Both the position numbers and the translations under genes were made by a program. Below are positions 20,222 through 30,382 of a stretch of 64,000 nt of DNA, one piece after another. Origin of the DNA: Gammaproteobacteria bacterium. Lineage in GTDB: Bacteria > Pseudomonadota > Gammaproteobacteria > GCA-001735895. Every line of letters begins with the position of its first letter. The stretch's first letter is position 1. The notes beneath the pieces were generated by a model that searched no databases, had not been told where the DNA came from, and worked only from the letters and a program-made list of their open reading frames with translations. The DNA lies in NCBI GenBank assembly GCA_030066085.1, contig JASJCI010000033.1, forward strand, positions 12,570 through 76,569, read 5' to 3'.

Positions 20222-21204
20222 GTCGCTTTGCGCCGGAGCTGGCCGTCGCGGATGCGCGGGTCGATCGCGAGATAGAGCAGGTCGACGATCAGGTTGATGA
20301 CGACGAACACGGTGCCAACCAGCAGCAGGTAGGCTGACATCACCGGGATATCGACGAAAAATACCGCGTTGACGAACAGCAGGCCGACGCCGGGCCACTG
20401 GAACACGGTCTCGGTGATGATCGCGAACGCGACGATCGCGCCGAGCTGCAGGCCGGCGACGGTAATCACCGGTACCAGCGTGTTTTTCAGGGCATGGCCG
20501 AAGTAGACCACCCGGTCGGGCAGGCCGCGGGCGCGCGCGAACCGAATGAAATCCTGGCGCAGCACCTCGAGCATCTCGGCGCGCACCAGGCGCATGATCA
20601 GCGTCATCTGGTACAGCCCGAGGGTAATCGCCGGCAGGATTAGCGACTTGAGACCGCTGGCGGTCAGGAAGCCGGTGCTCCAGAACCCGATCTGCACGGT
20701 TTCGCCGCGGCCGAAACTCGGCAGCCAGCCGAGCTCGACCGCGAACACCCAGATCAGCAACACACCGATCAAAAACGTGGGCAGCGACACGCCGATCAGC
20801 GAACTCGACATGATCGTGTGCGCGACGAAACCGTCGCGGTAAATGGCGGTGTAGATGCCGAGCAGCGTGCCGACGACGAGCGCAAACAGCGCCGACACCA
20901 GGGCCAGCTCGAGGGTCGCCGGCAGGCGTTCGGCGATCAGGCCCGACACCTGTTCGGCGGTGCGATAGGAAACGCCGAAGTCGCCCTGCAGCGCGTTGGT
21001 CACGAAACGCAGGTACTGCACCGGGATCGGGTCGTCGAGCCCGAGCCGGTCGATCAGCGCCCTGCGGTCGGCCTCGGTGGCTTCCTGGCCGAGCAGGCTT
21101 TCGACCGGGTCGCCGATGTAGCGGAATATCGTGAAGGCGACGAGCGCCACCAGCAGCAGGACCACGATGGCCTGCAACAGACGACGCAGGATGATGAAAA
21201 GCAT
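20218..21204 (-). CDS. Peptide-family ABC permease (DppB-like)
   Basis: GDFGVSYR, ERLPATLEL, ARARGL, HALKN and ETVFQWPGVG motifs. Confidence 0.92.
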   Translation of the reverse strand: MLFIILRRLLQAIVVLLLVALVAFTIFRYIGDPVESLLGQEATEADRRALIDRLGLDDPIPVQYLRFVTNALQGDFGVSYRTAEQVSGLIAERLPATLELALVSALFALVVGTLLGIYTAIYRDGFVAHTIMSSSLIGVSLPTFLIGVLLIWVFAVELGWLPSFGRGETVQIGFWSTGFLTASGLKSLILPAITLGLYQMTLIMRLVRAEMLEVLRQDFIRFARARGLPDRVVYFGHALKNTLVPVITVAGLQLGAIVAFAIITETVFQWPGVGLLFVNAVFFVDIPVMSAYLLLVGTVFVVINLIVDLLYLAIDPRIRDGQLRRKAT

Positions 21205-21221
21205 GGAGTCAGAAACCGCGA

Positions 21222-21241
21222 CCGCGGGGCTACCCCCGCGG
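21222..21241. other. Intra-operonic GC stem-loop after the solute-binding gene
   Basis: CCGCGGGG-CTAC-CCCCGCGG with no U-tract; typical mRNA-stabilising hairpin position. Confidence 0.5.
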
Positions 21242-21256
21242 CCTGCGACTCGTTGG

Positions 21257-22840
21257 TTACATCTTCAGGTACTTGAAGTGCGGCTGGTCTTCCGGCTGCA
21301 CGTCGAACTGGATGCCGTCTTTCATGCCCCAGTTCAGCACCTGGTTATGCACCGGCAGGTAGATCTGGTCTTCCTGCACCTGCTGCCAGATCTCGGCGAT
21401 GATCGCATCACGCTTGGCGAGATCGGTCTCCGACTCGAGCGCGACGATCTTCGGATCGATCTCCGGGTTGCTGTAGCGGGTGCCGTTCCAGGAACCGCGG
21501 TTCTCGGTGGTCGAGTGCACCAGGAAGTTGAAGATATAGTGCGAATCGAAAGTCGGAACACCCCAGCCGAGCATGTAGAAGTCGGTGGTCTTGTTCTTGA
21601 TCAGCGGAAAGTGCTGCGCCTTCGGCTTCGCGTCCAGGTTCACCTTGATACCGATCTGGCCGAACATGCCGACCACGGCCTGGCAGATGGCCTCGTCGTT
21701 GATGTAGCGGTCGTTCGGGCAGTTCAGCGTGACCGAGAAACCGTCACCGTAGCCGGCGGCTTCCATCATCTTCTTCGCCTCGGCCACGTTGACGGACGGA
21801 ACCTTGTCGAGCTCCGCCGTCCAGCCGTTGACGAACGGCGGCATGATGACGTTGGTCGGTGACGACTGGTCGCGCATGACGACCTTCTTGATCGCGTCGC
21901 GGTTGATCGCCATGTTCATCGCGCGTCGTACGCGCACGTCGGCGAACGGGTTCTTGCCGCTGACGTTGTCGCTCTCGATATCGCTGTCACCGACGTTCAT
22001 ACCGAAAAAGATCACGCGATTCTGCGCGGCGGTGACCACCTTGAGCCCGGACTGGCCAGCTACCCGACGCAGATCCTGCACCGGTACGTCCTGGATAAAG
22101 TCCACCTCACCCGACAGCAGCGCGGCGACGCGGGTCGCGGCCGACTGGATCGGGGTGTAGACGATCTCCGACACGTCCAGCGGAAATTGACCCACGCCCC
22201 AGTAGTTCGGGTTGGCCTTCAGTACCGTCTTCTGGTCCGGCGTACGGCTGATCAGCACGTAGGCGCCGGTGCCGTTGGTGTTCTGCGACGAGAAAGTCGT
22301 CTCGCCCGCGGCCACGTCCTGCGGATCGCCGGCACCGTTCTTCTCGGTCCAGCCACTGTCCATGATGAACAGGTTGGTCAGGTTGTTGATCAGCAGCGGG
22401 TTGGGTCCGTTGGTTTCGAAATCGACGGTGTGATCGTCAACCATGCGCACGTCCTTGATACTGGTCAGCAGCTCCTTCATCGCCGAGGTCGGTTTCATCG
22501 CACGCTTGAAGCTGTAGACCACGTCCTCGGCGGTAAATGCCGACTGGTCGTGGAACTTGACGCCCTTGCGCAGCTGGAAACGCCACACGTTGGGATTGTC
22601 GTCGAGCGCCTTCCAGCTGGTGGCGAGCGCCGGCGTGATCTGGCCGGCCATGTCGCGATGCAGCAACGGCTCGTAGATCTGGTGTGCCAGGGTATGGGTC
22701 GGGCCCTCGTTCTGCGCATGCGGGTCGAGGGTCAGGGAATCGCCGGAGCGGGCCCAGCGCAGGGTCTCGGCCGATGCCAGGCTCGACACGAGTAATCCCG
22801 CGGCTACGCCAATGGCCAGCCTGGTGGTCAGGGTCTTCAT
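21257..22840 (-). CDS. ABC substrate-binding protein, family 5 (DppA/OppA-like)
   Basis: Signal peptide; TLDPH, W.F.LRKGVKFHD, FTAEDVVYS, NGTG.Y and NPFADVRVRRA motifs. Confidence 0.93.
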   Translation of the reverse strand: MKTLTTRLAIGVAAGLLVSSLASAETLRWARSGDSLTLDPHAQNEGPTHTLAHQIYEPLLHRDMAGQITPALATSWKALDDNPNVWRFQLRKGVKFHDQSAFTAEDVVYSFKRAMKPTSAMKELLTSIKDVRMVDDHTVDFETNGPNPLLINNLTNLFIMDSGWTEKNGAGDPQDVAAGETTFSSQNTNGTGAYVLISRTPDQKTVLKANPNYWGVGQFPLDVSEIVYTPIQSAATRVAALLSGEVDFIQDVPVQDLRRVAGQSGLKVVTAAQNRVIFFGMNVGDSDIESDNVSGKNPFADVRVRRAMNMAINRDAIKKVVMRDQSSPTNVIMPPFVNGWTAELDKVPSVNVAEAKKMMEAAGYGDGFSVTLNCPNDRYINDEAICQAVVGMFGQIGIKVNLDAKPKAQHFPLIKNKTTDFYMLGWGVPTFDSHYIFNFLVHSTTENRGSWNGTRYSNPEIDPKIVALESETDLAKRDAIIAEIWQQVQEDQIYLPVHNQVLNWGMKDGIQFDVQPEDQPHFKYLKM

Positions 22841-23148
22841 GAGTTACCTCCGATTTTTATCTGGTTATGTCGTTATTTTCCCGTCAGCGTCGATTAGACG
22901 CCGGGGGCGGTCAAATTTCAACCGGTGAAACCGACCGGCGAGCGGCAAATTGCTTTTTTTGCCGGGCGGACCTCCAACAGGCCCGTTGCTCCCGCATGCG
23001 GCCGAATTATGCCGCCGATTGCGCCCGGTTTCACGCGGAATCTTCAAATTGGCGCAATTTTACCCTCCCGGGCGGTCGCGGCCGTCGACCCCGCGGCCAC
23101 GGGATGTGCCCGGCGCCATCGACGATTACGGCCCGCTCCGTTGCCCGG

Positions 23149-24030
23149 CTAAGCGAGGTGACGGCGCCGCAGGGTTTCGCGGTAAATGGTGAAAACGGCC
23201 GCGGCAACGACGATCGCGGCGCCGATCCAGGTCGGCAGGCCGGGGAAGTGGCCGAACACCAGGAAACCGAAAACCGTCGCCCACAGCAGGCGCACGTAAT
23301 CGAGCGAAGCCAGCAGGGAAGCCTCGCCGTGCTTGTACGCGTAGATGTTGAAACGCTGGCCGACGTAAGACACGACCCCGAGCGCGCCCAGCAGGACCCA
23401 TTCCCACGGGCTCGGCCAGCGCCAGAAGTAGATACCCGGAACCGCCATCGCCAGGCCGATACCGAGCGACGACCAGGTCATGATGGTATCCGCGCTGTCG
23501 TACTGGGATACCACGCGCAGGCAGATCATGACCGCCGCGGCGCCGGCCGCGCCGGCAAGCGACGCGAGGCCGTAGATGGAAAACTCGGCGGTACCCGGCT
23601 GCAGCATGATCAGCACGCCGACGAACCCGATCGCTACCGCGCCCCAGCGATAAGGCCCGACCGTCTCGCCGAGAAACCAGACCGCGAAAATCGTCACGAA
23701 AAAGCTCTTGGCGAAAAATATCGCGGTGGCATCCGCCAGCGGCATGTGAATGATCGCGGTAAAACCGCCCAGCATCGCGATCAGCGCGAACACCATGCGC
23801 AGGATTTGCAGGTCGGGCCGGTTGGCGCGCAACGAACCGGGAAAACCGCGCAGGATCGCCGGCGACACCAGCACCAGCATGCCGAGCTGGCGCACGAACA
23901 GGATCTGGGTCACGTGCAGATTTTGTCCGAGCAGCTTGATCAGCAGCGCCATCAAGGAGAACGCGACCGACGCAACCATCAGGTAGGCGATACCCCTGGC
24001 GTTATCGGGCAGGTCGTGAAACCGGTTCAA
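23149..24030 (-). CDS. DMT (EamA) family transporter
   Basis: MPLADATAIFF, FLGETVG..RW and GEASLLASLDY motifs; about 10 TM. Confidence 0.88.
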   Translation of the reverse strand: MNRFHDLPDNARGIAYLMVASVAFSLMALLIKLLGQNLHVTQILFVRQLGMLVLVSPAILRGFPGSLRANRPDLQILRMVFALIAMLGGFTAIIHMPLADATAIFFAKSFFVTIFAVWFLGETVGPYRWGAVAIGFVGVLIMLQPGTAEFSIYGLASLAGAAGAAAVMICLRVVSQYDSADTIMTWSSLGIGLAMAVPGIYFWRWPSPWEWVLLGALGVVSYVGQRFNIYAYKHGEASLLASLDYVRLLWATVFGFLVFGHFPGLPTWIGAAIVVAAAVFTIYRETLRRRHLA

Positions 24031-24145
24031 GTTCCCGGCCGGTCAGTATCCGCAACGGCGGCCTGTTGCCAGCCCGGTTGCGGTCGCGCTGATGGTCGAT
24101 GTCGACATAGGTGAAATGATTGTTACCAATCGCCGGGCAAAGCGC

Positions 24146-24173
24146 AAAAAAAAGGCCGGACAGGGTCCGGCCT
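24146..24173 (-). terminator. Rho-independent terminator of etfBA
   Basis: 9-bp stem AGGCCGGAC/GTCCGGCCT followed on the minus strand by a T-tract, about 22 nt after the etfA stop. Confidence 0.85.
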
Positions 24174-24195
24174 CGACAGGTTAATGCAGACGTGA

Positions 24196-25125
24196 TTACA
24201 GCGCGGAATCGAGCTCCGGGACGGCCTCGAACAAGTCCGCCACCAGGCCGTAATCGGCCACCTGGAAGATCGGCGCTTCGCTGTCGTTGTTGATCGCAAC
24301 GATAACCTTGCTTTCCTTCATGCCGGCGAGATGCTGGATCGCGCCGGAAATACCGACCGCGATGTACAGGTCGGGGGCGATGACCTTGCCGGTCTGGCCG
24401 ACCTGCAGTTCGTTCGGCACGAAGCCGGAGTCGACCGCGGCGCGCGATGCGCCGACCGCGGCGCCGAGTTTGTCCGCCACCGAGTGCAGCATCGTGAAGT
24501 TGTCGCCGGACTGCATGCCGCGGCCGCCGGAAACGACGACCTTGGCCGAGGTCAGGTCGACCTGGTCGTTATCGGCAACCGCCTGCGAAATCCAGCTGGA
24601 CAGGCCGGCATCGGCGCCGCCACCGATCTGTTCGATGCTGGCCGAGCCACCTTCGGCGGCCGCGGCTTCGAACTTGATCGTGCGCACGGTGATGACCTTG
24701 ACAGCGTCGGACGACTGCACCGTCGCCAGCGCGTTGCCGGCGTAGATCGGGCGCACGAAGGTGTCTTCGGAAACGACTTCGGCGATGTCGGAAATTTGCG
24801 CCACGTCGAGCAGCGCGGCGGCACGCGGCATGACGTTCTTGCCGAAGGTCGTGGCCGAGGCGAGGATGTGGCTGTAGCCCTGCGCCTGTTCGACGATCAG
24901 GCCGGCCAGGTTCTCGGCGAGGCCGTTGGCCAGGCTCGCGTCGTCGGCAACCTTGACGCTCGCGACGCCGGCGATCTGCGCGGCCGCCTCGGCAACGCCG
25001 CCGCAGTTGTGGCCGGCTACCAGCAGGTGAATGTCGCCGCCGATCTGTTGCGCGGCGGTGACCGCGTGCAGCGTGGCCGCGGCGATTTCGTTGTTGTCGT
25101 GTTCGACGATTACCAGGTTGTTCAT
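24196..25125 (-). CDS. etfA: Electron transfer flavoprotein alpha subunit
   Basis: RPIYAGNA, VSGGRG, GASRAAVD, QVGQTGK, GISGAIQHLAGM. Confidence 0.97.
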   Translation of the reverse strand: MNNLVIVEHDNNEIAAATLHAVTAAQQIGGDIHLLVAGHNCGGVAEAAAQIAGVASVKVADDASLANGLAENLAGLIVEQAQGYSHILASATTFGKNVMPRAAALLDVAQISDIAEVVSEDTFVRPIYAGNALATVQSSDAVKVITVRTIKFEAAAAEGGSASIEQIGGGADAGLSSWISQAVADNDQVDLTSAKVVVSGGRGMQSGDNFTMLHSVADKLGAAVGASRAAVDSGFVPNELQVGQTGKVIAPDLYIAVGISGAIQHLAGMKESKVIVAINNDSEAPIFQVADYGLVADLFEAVPELDSAL

Positions 25126-25127
25126 GA

Positions 25128-25880
25128 TTAAATCACCTTCGCTTCGTTGCGCAGCTTCTCCACCAGTTCGCTGACGCTGTTAACGATAATGCCGGCGGCA
25201 CGACCTTCGGGTTCGTCAACCTTGAGCGTGGTCAGGCGATTCGCCGTATCCAGGCCCATGCTGTCGAGTTCGATCTTGTCCATCGGCTTGCGCTTGGCTT
25301 TCATGACGTCCGGCAGCTTGACGTAGCGCGGCTCGTTGAGGCGCAGGTCGGCGCTCATGACGGCCGGCATCTTGACCTGGATGGTTTCGAGCCCGGCATC
25401 AACCTCGCGGGTTACGGTGGCTTCACCGCCCTCGATCTTGACCTCGGAGGCGAAGGTGGCCTGCGACCAGCCGAGCAGCGCGGACAGCATCTGCGTGGTC
25501 TGGTTGGAATCACCGTCGATCGCCTGCTTGCCGCAGATCACGAGACCCGCGTCTTCCTGCTCGGTGACCTGCTTCAGCACCTTGGCGATTGCCAGCGGCT
25601 CGAGACTGTCCTCGGTGACCACGTGAATCGCGCGGTCGGCGCCCATGGCGAGACCGTGGCGCAGGGTTTCCTCGGTTTTGCCGCCGCCGACCGAAACCAC
25701 GACAATCTCGGAGACCGTGCCGGCTTCGCGCATGCGCAGCGCTTCCTCGAGGGCGTTTTCACAAAAGGGGTTCATCGTCATCTTGGCGTTGGCCAGGTCG
25801 ACACCCGAGCCGTCCGCCTTGACGCGCGCCTTGACCTGCGGGTCGAGCACACGTTTAACACATACCAGTACTTTCATCAC
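25128..25880 (-). CDS. etfB: Electron transfer flavoprotein beta subunit
   Basis: [41 protein letters not shown]. Confidence 0.97.
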   Translation of the reverse strand: MMKVLVCVKRVLDPQVKARVKADGSGVDLANAKMTMNPFCENALEEALRMREAGTVSEIVVVSVGGGKTEETLRHGLAMGADRAIHVVTEDSLEPLAIAKVLKQVTEQEDAGLVICGKQAIDGDSNQTTQMLSALLGWSQATFASEVKIEGGEATVTREVDAGLETIQVKMPAVMSADLRLNEPRYVKLPDVMKAKRKPMDKIELDSMGLDTANRLTTLKVDEPEGRAAGIIVNSVSELVEKLRNEAKVI

Positions 25881-26201
25881 GCTCTCAATTGTTCGTTGCG
25901 GGATCGCGGGTAAGTGCCGCTCTCCGTCGTTTCAACCTGTCGCCAGGGGCCTTGCCCGGATGGGGCCGCGTATTCTAGCGCCTCTCCACCCTGAATCAAG
26001 CAGCGCAGCCCATTCGTGCGGAGGGACTGCCCCATTCAGCCGCAGGATACTAGCAACAGACCCGGGGCGGGGAAGCTTCGTCCGCGACTGCGGATTGCCT
26101 AAATGCGCCATCCCGGCGCCAACCCGAACTCCAGGATCGGGGTTTCGACAGCCGCTTGCGCTTGTTCGGCGGCAGTATTTTCGTCCGGGCCGTGCAAAGG
26201 C

Positions 26202-27260
26202 CTAGGGACAATGATCGATACCGATGTTACTCAGGTCCACGAGCCCGGTCGAGGTCCACTCGGCGGAAGGATCGAAGGCGTCACTGCCATCACTGTCTCC
26301 CAGTGTCACCAGGCAGTCACGCCGCAGGGTCTCGTTGGCGGTGCCGGCGCCGCCGCCAGCCCATTCGAGGACCGGGTCAAAGCCGATCTCGCCGATCACG
26401 TCGAGTGTATCGCCGGCGCAGACCAGCTCGATCGCATCGTTGCCGTCGAAGTCGAAGTCGGCATTGGCAGTATCACATGCCCCGGCAATGATCCCGCCGG
26501 CCCCGAATTTACAGACAACGTGCAGATCGCCCGGCGCCAGGTTACCGGCAAGCGTTACCGCCGCTGTCGCCGCTGCGCTGCCGTTGGCATAAATCCTGAC
26601 CTGGCATGCCGACAGATCCACGGTGCCGGCCGAAGCGCTGAAAACCTCGATTGCCTTGTTGTCAGCGGAGCCGTCGATGTACTCCCGGAACAGGAGCGAC
26701 GCGGACGAGGTCAGCTGGCCCGCATCTGCGGGCGCGTAACCATCGGTCGTACCCATGCCACCGTCGCAATAGGTGAAGGTTGCGCCGGCATCGCCGCTAA
26801 ACCGGAACGCAAAATCGTAATCGCCGGCCGGTCCGGGCAACATCAGTCCAGCTCGATACTCGTCGTGATTGGGGTTGTAGGTGGGGCTACCGGGGCCGTA
26901 ACCGGCGTTCGGCTGGCCATTGGCCCAGGACCAGCCCGGATCCAGGGCCGGGTTGCTGCCGTCCGGTCCGACGCCCACCGAACCGATAATCGCCGGATCC
27001 GGATCGTTTACCCCGGACATGTCGGTTACGCCGGCGCTGAATACGCGGCCGAACACGGTTACCACCGTATTTTCGGTATCGTCGATGATGACCGGAGCCT
27101 GCAGGCTACAGAAATCGATGCTGCGCGGCACCACCGGCAGCGGATCGTCGTCATCGCTGCTGCTGCCATCGCAGCCGGCAATCAGCGAGACCAGCACACA
27201 GGTCGCCAGCCAGCGCAGCGGTTTTCGGCCGGAACCAGGCGAATGAAAAGCGGGTTGCAT
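26202..27260 (-). CDS. Lipoprotein with a C-terminal lamin-tail (LTD) domain of the ExeM/NucH type
   Basis: Lipobox LIAGC; EYIDGSADNKAIEV, VDLS, FDGNDAIEL, DVIGEIG.DP, TLRR and FDPSAEW motifs; no nuclease domain. Confidence 0.7.
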   Translation of the reverse strand: MQPAFHSPGSGRKPLRWLATCVLVSLIAGCDGSSSDDDDPLPVVPRSIDFCSLQAPVIIDDTENTVVTVFGRVFSAGVTDMSGVNDPDPAIIGSVGVGPDGSNPALDPGWSWANGQPNAGYGPGSPTYNPNHDEYRAGLMLPGPAGDYDFAFRFSGDAGATFTYCDGGMGTTDGYAPADAGQLTSSASLLFREYIDGSADNKAIEVFSASAGTVDLSACQVRIYANGSAAATAAVTLAGNLAPGDLHVVCKFGAGGIIAGACDTANADFDFDGNDAIELVCAGDTLDVIGEIGFDPVLEWAGGGAGTANETLRRDCLVTLGDSDGSDAFDPSAEWTSTGLVDLSNIGIDHCP

Positions 27261-27392
27261 CGATCGTCCCTCCCGGGAGCCTTACAGCCTGCCGAGCGAT
27301 TTCACAGGCCGGCAAAAGTTCATTATCGAACGCGGACAACGGCCGTGTCCATGCGCTGCGTCAAGCCTCGCGGCGCGGCATGACGCGGGACC

Positions 27393-28367
27393 TCAGGCGT
27401 TCGAACTCGACCGCCGCAGCTCGTTCGGCGTCTGGCGATAGTACTGCTTGAACAGGCGCGAAAACGCCGACAGCGAGTTGAAACCGGTGCGCAGCGCAAT
27501 TTCCTGCAGCTTGAGGCGGGTATCCATGACCATGCGGCGCGCGATCTGCAGGCGCAGGCGGCGATAGTAGGCGCCCGGTGACAGGCCGAGGGTCTCACGA
27601 AACAGGTACTCGAGCATGCGCACCGACAGCTCGACCTGGGCCGCGATCTGCGCCACGTTGAGGGTATCGTCGAGATGTTGTTCCATGACCCGGATCGCCG
27701 CGGCGACACGCGGTTCGTGGCGTTCGAGCTGGCCCAGCGACACCAGCGGCTGTGCCTCGGCCGCGGTTTGCGCCGCGTCGTAGATGAACACGTTCGATAC
27801 TTCCATCGCCAGCGGATAACCGTAGCGCTGCCGGATCAGGTGCAGCACCAGGTCGAAGGTCGGCGACGCCCCGCCGGTGGTAAACACCGGGCCGTCGACG
27901 ACGAAGCGATCCGGGCGCAGGTCGACGCGCGGGAAATGGCTGCCGAACTCCTCGAAATCTTCCCAGTGCGTGGTCGCGGCGCGTCCGTCGAGCAGACCGC
28001 AGCGGGCCAGGATCCAGCTGCCGGCCTCGACGCCACCGATAGCGCCGAAGTTACGCGCGAGGCGCCGGATAAGGCGCAGGTGCGCGGGCCCGGCATGCCG
28101 CTGCTGGTTGAAACTGGCGATCACGATCAGCGCGTCGCCGCCGGAATCGAAATCGAGTTCGAAGTCGGGCACGATCTCGACATCGCTGGTCAGCCGCGCG
28201 GGCCTGCCGCTCAGGGTCGCGACACGCCATTCGAACAGGACGCGATCCGAAATCCGGTTGGCCGCGCGCATCGGGTCGACCACCGAGGCAAACGACATCA
28301 TCGACGATTCGGGCAACACCAGCAGCGTTACGCGCAACCTCGACTCGCTGGGGACGAAAACGCTCAT
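27393..28367 (-). CDS. cdhR: GlxA-type AraC regulator (CdhR-like, carnitine catabolism)
   Basis: DPMRAANR, GLLDGRAATTHWE and C-terminal double HTH (TGFNSLSAFSRLFK); divergent from cdhC-cdhA. Confidence 0.8.
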   Translation of the reverse strand: MSVFVPSESRLRVTLLVLPESSMMSFASVVDPMRAANRISDRVLFEWRVATLSGRPARLTSDVEIVPDFELDFDSGGDALIVIASFNQQRHAGPAHLRLIRRLARNFGAIGGVEAGSWILARCGLLDGRAATTHWEDFEEFGSHFPRVDLRPDRFVVDGPVFTTGGASPTFDLVLHLIRQRYGYPLAMEVSNVFIYDAAQTAAEAQPLVSLGQLERHEPRVAAAIRVMEQHLDDTLNVAQIAAQVELSVRMLEYLFRETLGLSPGAYYRRLRLQIARRMVMDTRLKLQEIALRTGFNSLSAFSRLFKQYYRQTPNELRRSSSNA

Positions 28368-28404
28368 TGCGCAAATTGTCAATTATTTTGCGTTTTAGCG
28401 CAAT
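28367..28404. promoter_or_regulatory. Tandem AraC-type operator (putative CdhR site)
   Basis: Direct repeat TTGCG-N8-CAAT at 28367-28383 and 28388-28404 (21-bp period) between the divergent genes. Confidence 0.6.
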
Positions 28405-28454
28405 CTCGGCATGTTGTTCCGTGCCATTATGCGTTTTCAACCCAGGAGGTCGCC

Positions 28455-29369
28455 ATGCCCTTAGCCATGAACATGAATCCGTTTATCACCTGCGCGGTCA
28501 CCGGTTCCGGCGGCACGCAGGATCGTTCGCCGCACGTGCCGCGTTCACCCGAACAGATTGCCGCCAGCGCGCTCGACGCTGCCAGGGCCGGCGCCGCGGT
28601 CGTGCACTGCCACGTGCGCGATCCCGCTACCGGCGCACCGAGCCGGCGCGTGGATCTCTATCGCGAAGTTGCCGAGCGTATTCGCGACGCGGACATCGAT
28701 GTCGTTCTCAATTTCACCGCCGGCATGGGCGGCGACATGGTCTTCGGCGATGTGGAAAACCCGCTGCCGCTGGACGAGGCCGGCACCGACATGGCCGGCG
28801 CCAGCGAGCGTGTCGCCCACGTTGCCGAGTGCCTGCCGGAAATCTGTACCCTCGACTGCGGCACGATGAACTTCGCCGAGGCCGATTACGTCATGACCAA
28901 CACGCCCGGCATGCTGCGCGCAATGGCGCAGAAGATGGCGGATCTCGGCGTACGCATCGAGATCGAGGCGTTCGACACCGGGCACCTCTGGTTCGCCAGG
29001 CAGCTGGTCAGCGAGGGCATCATCCCGGCACCGGTCATGATCCAGATGTGCATGGGTATTCCGTGGGGCGCGCCCGACGACCTGAACACCTTCATGGCGA
29101 TGATCAACAACACGCCGGCCGACTGGACCGTGTCCGCGTTTTCGATCGGCCGCAACGAAATGCCTTACGCCGCGGCCGCGGTGCTGGCCGGCGCCAACGT
29201 TCGCGTGGGTCTCGAGGACAACCTGTGGCTCAAGAAGGGTGAACTGGCAACCAACGCGCAGCTGGTGGAAAAAGCCGCCACCATCGTCACCAACATGGGC
29301 TGCACGCTGATGACACCGGCCGAGGTCCGCGAAAAACTGCAGCTGCAGAAACGCGCGCCGGTCGCGTAA
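28455..29369 (+). CDS. cdhC: Beta-keto acid cleavage enzyme (BKACE), 3-dehydrocarnitine cleavage
   Basis: FITCAVTG, HCHVRDP, CTLDCGTMNF and VRVGLEDN motifs; RBS AGGAGG; directly upstream of carnitine dehydrogenase. Confidence 0.88.
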   Translation: MPLAMNMNPFITCAVTGSGGTQDRSPHVPRSPEQIAASALDAARAGAAVVHCHVRDPATGAPSRRVDLYREVAERIRDADIDVVLNFTAGMGGDMVFGDVENPLPLDEAGTDMAGASERVAHVAECLPEICTLDCGTMNFAEADYVMTNTPGMLRAMAQKMADLGVRIEIEAFDTGHLWFARQLVSEGIIPAPVMIQMCMGIPWGAPDDLNTFMAMINNTPADWTVSAFSIGRNEMPYAAAAVLAGANVRVGLEDNLWLKKGELATNAQLVEKAATIVTNMGCTLMTPAEVREKLQLQKRAPVA

Positions 29370-29381
29370 CGGGAGCGGATC

Positions 29382-30377
29382 ATGCAACTCATCGACAGGG
29401 CCGCGATTATCGGCGGCGGGGTCATCGGCGCGGGCTGGATCGCGCGCCTGATCGAAAATGGCATCGACGTCAGGGTCTACGATCCGGCCGACGATGCCGC
29501 GCACAAGGTCGAGGCGGTGCTTAAAAACAGCCGCCACGCCTACGCGAAACTGACCAGTGCGCCGCGCCGCAAGGAAGGCGCGGTCGAATTTTGCGAGAGT
29601 ATCGCGGAGGCCGTGGCCGGCGCCGAACTGATCGTCGAATCGGTGCCGGAGCGGCTCGATATCAAGCAGGCGGTGTACGCCGAGATCGAGATCGCGGCGG
29701 CAACCGACGCCATCATCGCGTCGTCGACCTCGGGCATCATGCCCTCGGACCTGCAGGCGAAAATGACGCATCCCGAACGCCTGCTGGTCGGGCACCCGTT
29801 CAATCCGGTGTACCTGCTGCCGCTGGTGGAACTGGTCGGCGGCGAAAAAACCGCGGCCATCACCATCGAACGAGCCGGCGAAATCTACCACTCCATCGGC
29901 ATGCACCCACTGCACGTGAAAAAGGAAATCGAGGCCTTCATCGCGGACCGCCTGCTCGAGGCCATCTGGCGCGAATCGCTGTGGCTGGTCAAGGACGGCA
30001 TCGCCACCACCAGGGACATCGATGACGCGGTGCGCTACGGCTTCGGCCTGCGTTACGCGCAGATGGGCGTGTTCGATACCTATCGCGTCGCCGGCGGCGA
30101 AGCCGGTATGCGCCACTTCATGGAACAGTTCGGCCCCTGCCTGAAATGGCCCTGGACCAAGCTGATGGACGTGCCGGAGTACACCGACGAGCTGGTCGAC
30201 CTGATCGCCGGCCAGTCGGACGAACAGTCCGGTTACATGAGCATCCGCGAGATGGAACGCATACGTGATGACAACCTGATCGCGATCATGCAGGCGCTCA
30301 AGGGTAACGACTGGGCCGCGGGGCGGACACTGGCGCGCTACGAGAAACAGTTATTCGAAGCCGCCAACGACGACTAA
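29382..30377 (+). CDS. cdhA: L-carnitine 3-dehydrogenase (no fused thioesterase)
   Basis: GGGVIGAGW, ESVPERLDIK, SSTSG, GHPFNPVYLLPLVE, AGGEAGMRHFMEQFGPCLKWPWTKL. Confidence 0.9.
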   Translation: MQLIDRAAIIGGGVIGAGWIARLIENGIDVRVYDPADDAAHKVEAVLKNSRHAYAKLTSAPRRKEGAVEFCESIAEAVAGAELIVESVPERLDIKQAVYAEIEIAAATDAIIASSTSGIMPSDLQAKMTHPERLLVGHPFNPVYLLPLVELVGGEKTAAITIERAGEIYHSIGMHPLHVKKEIEAFIADRLLEAIWRESLWLVKDGIATTRDIDDAVRYGFGLRYAQMGVFDTYRVAGGEAGMRHFMEQFGPCLKWPWTKLMDVPEYTDELVDLIAGQSDEQSGYMSIREMERIRDDNLIAIMQALKGNDWAAGRTLARYEKQLFEAANDD

Positions 30378-30382
30378 TAGTA

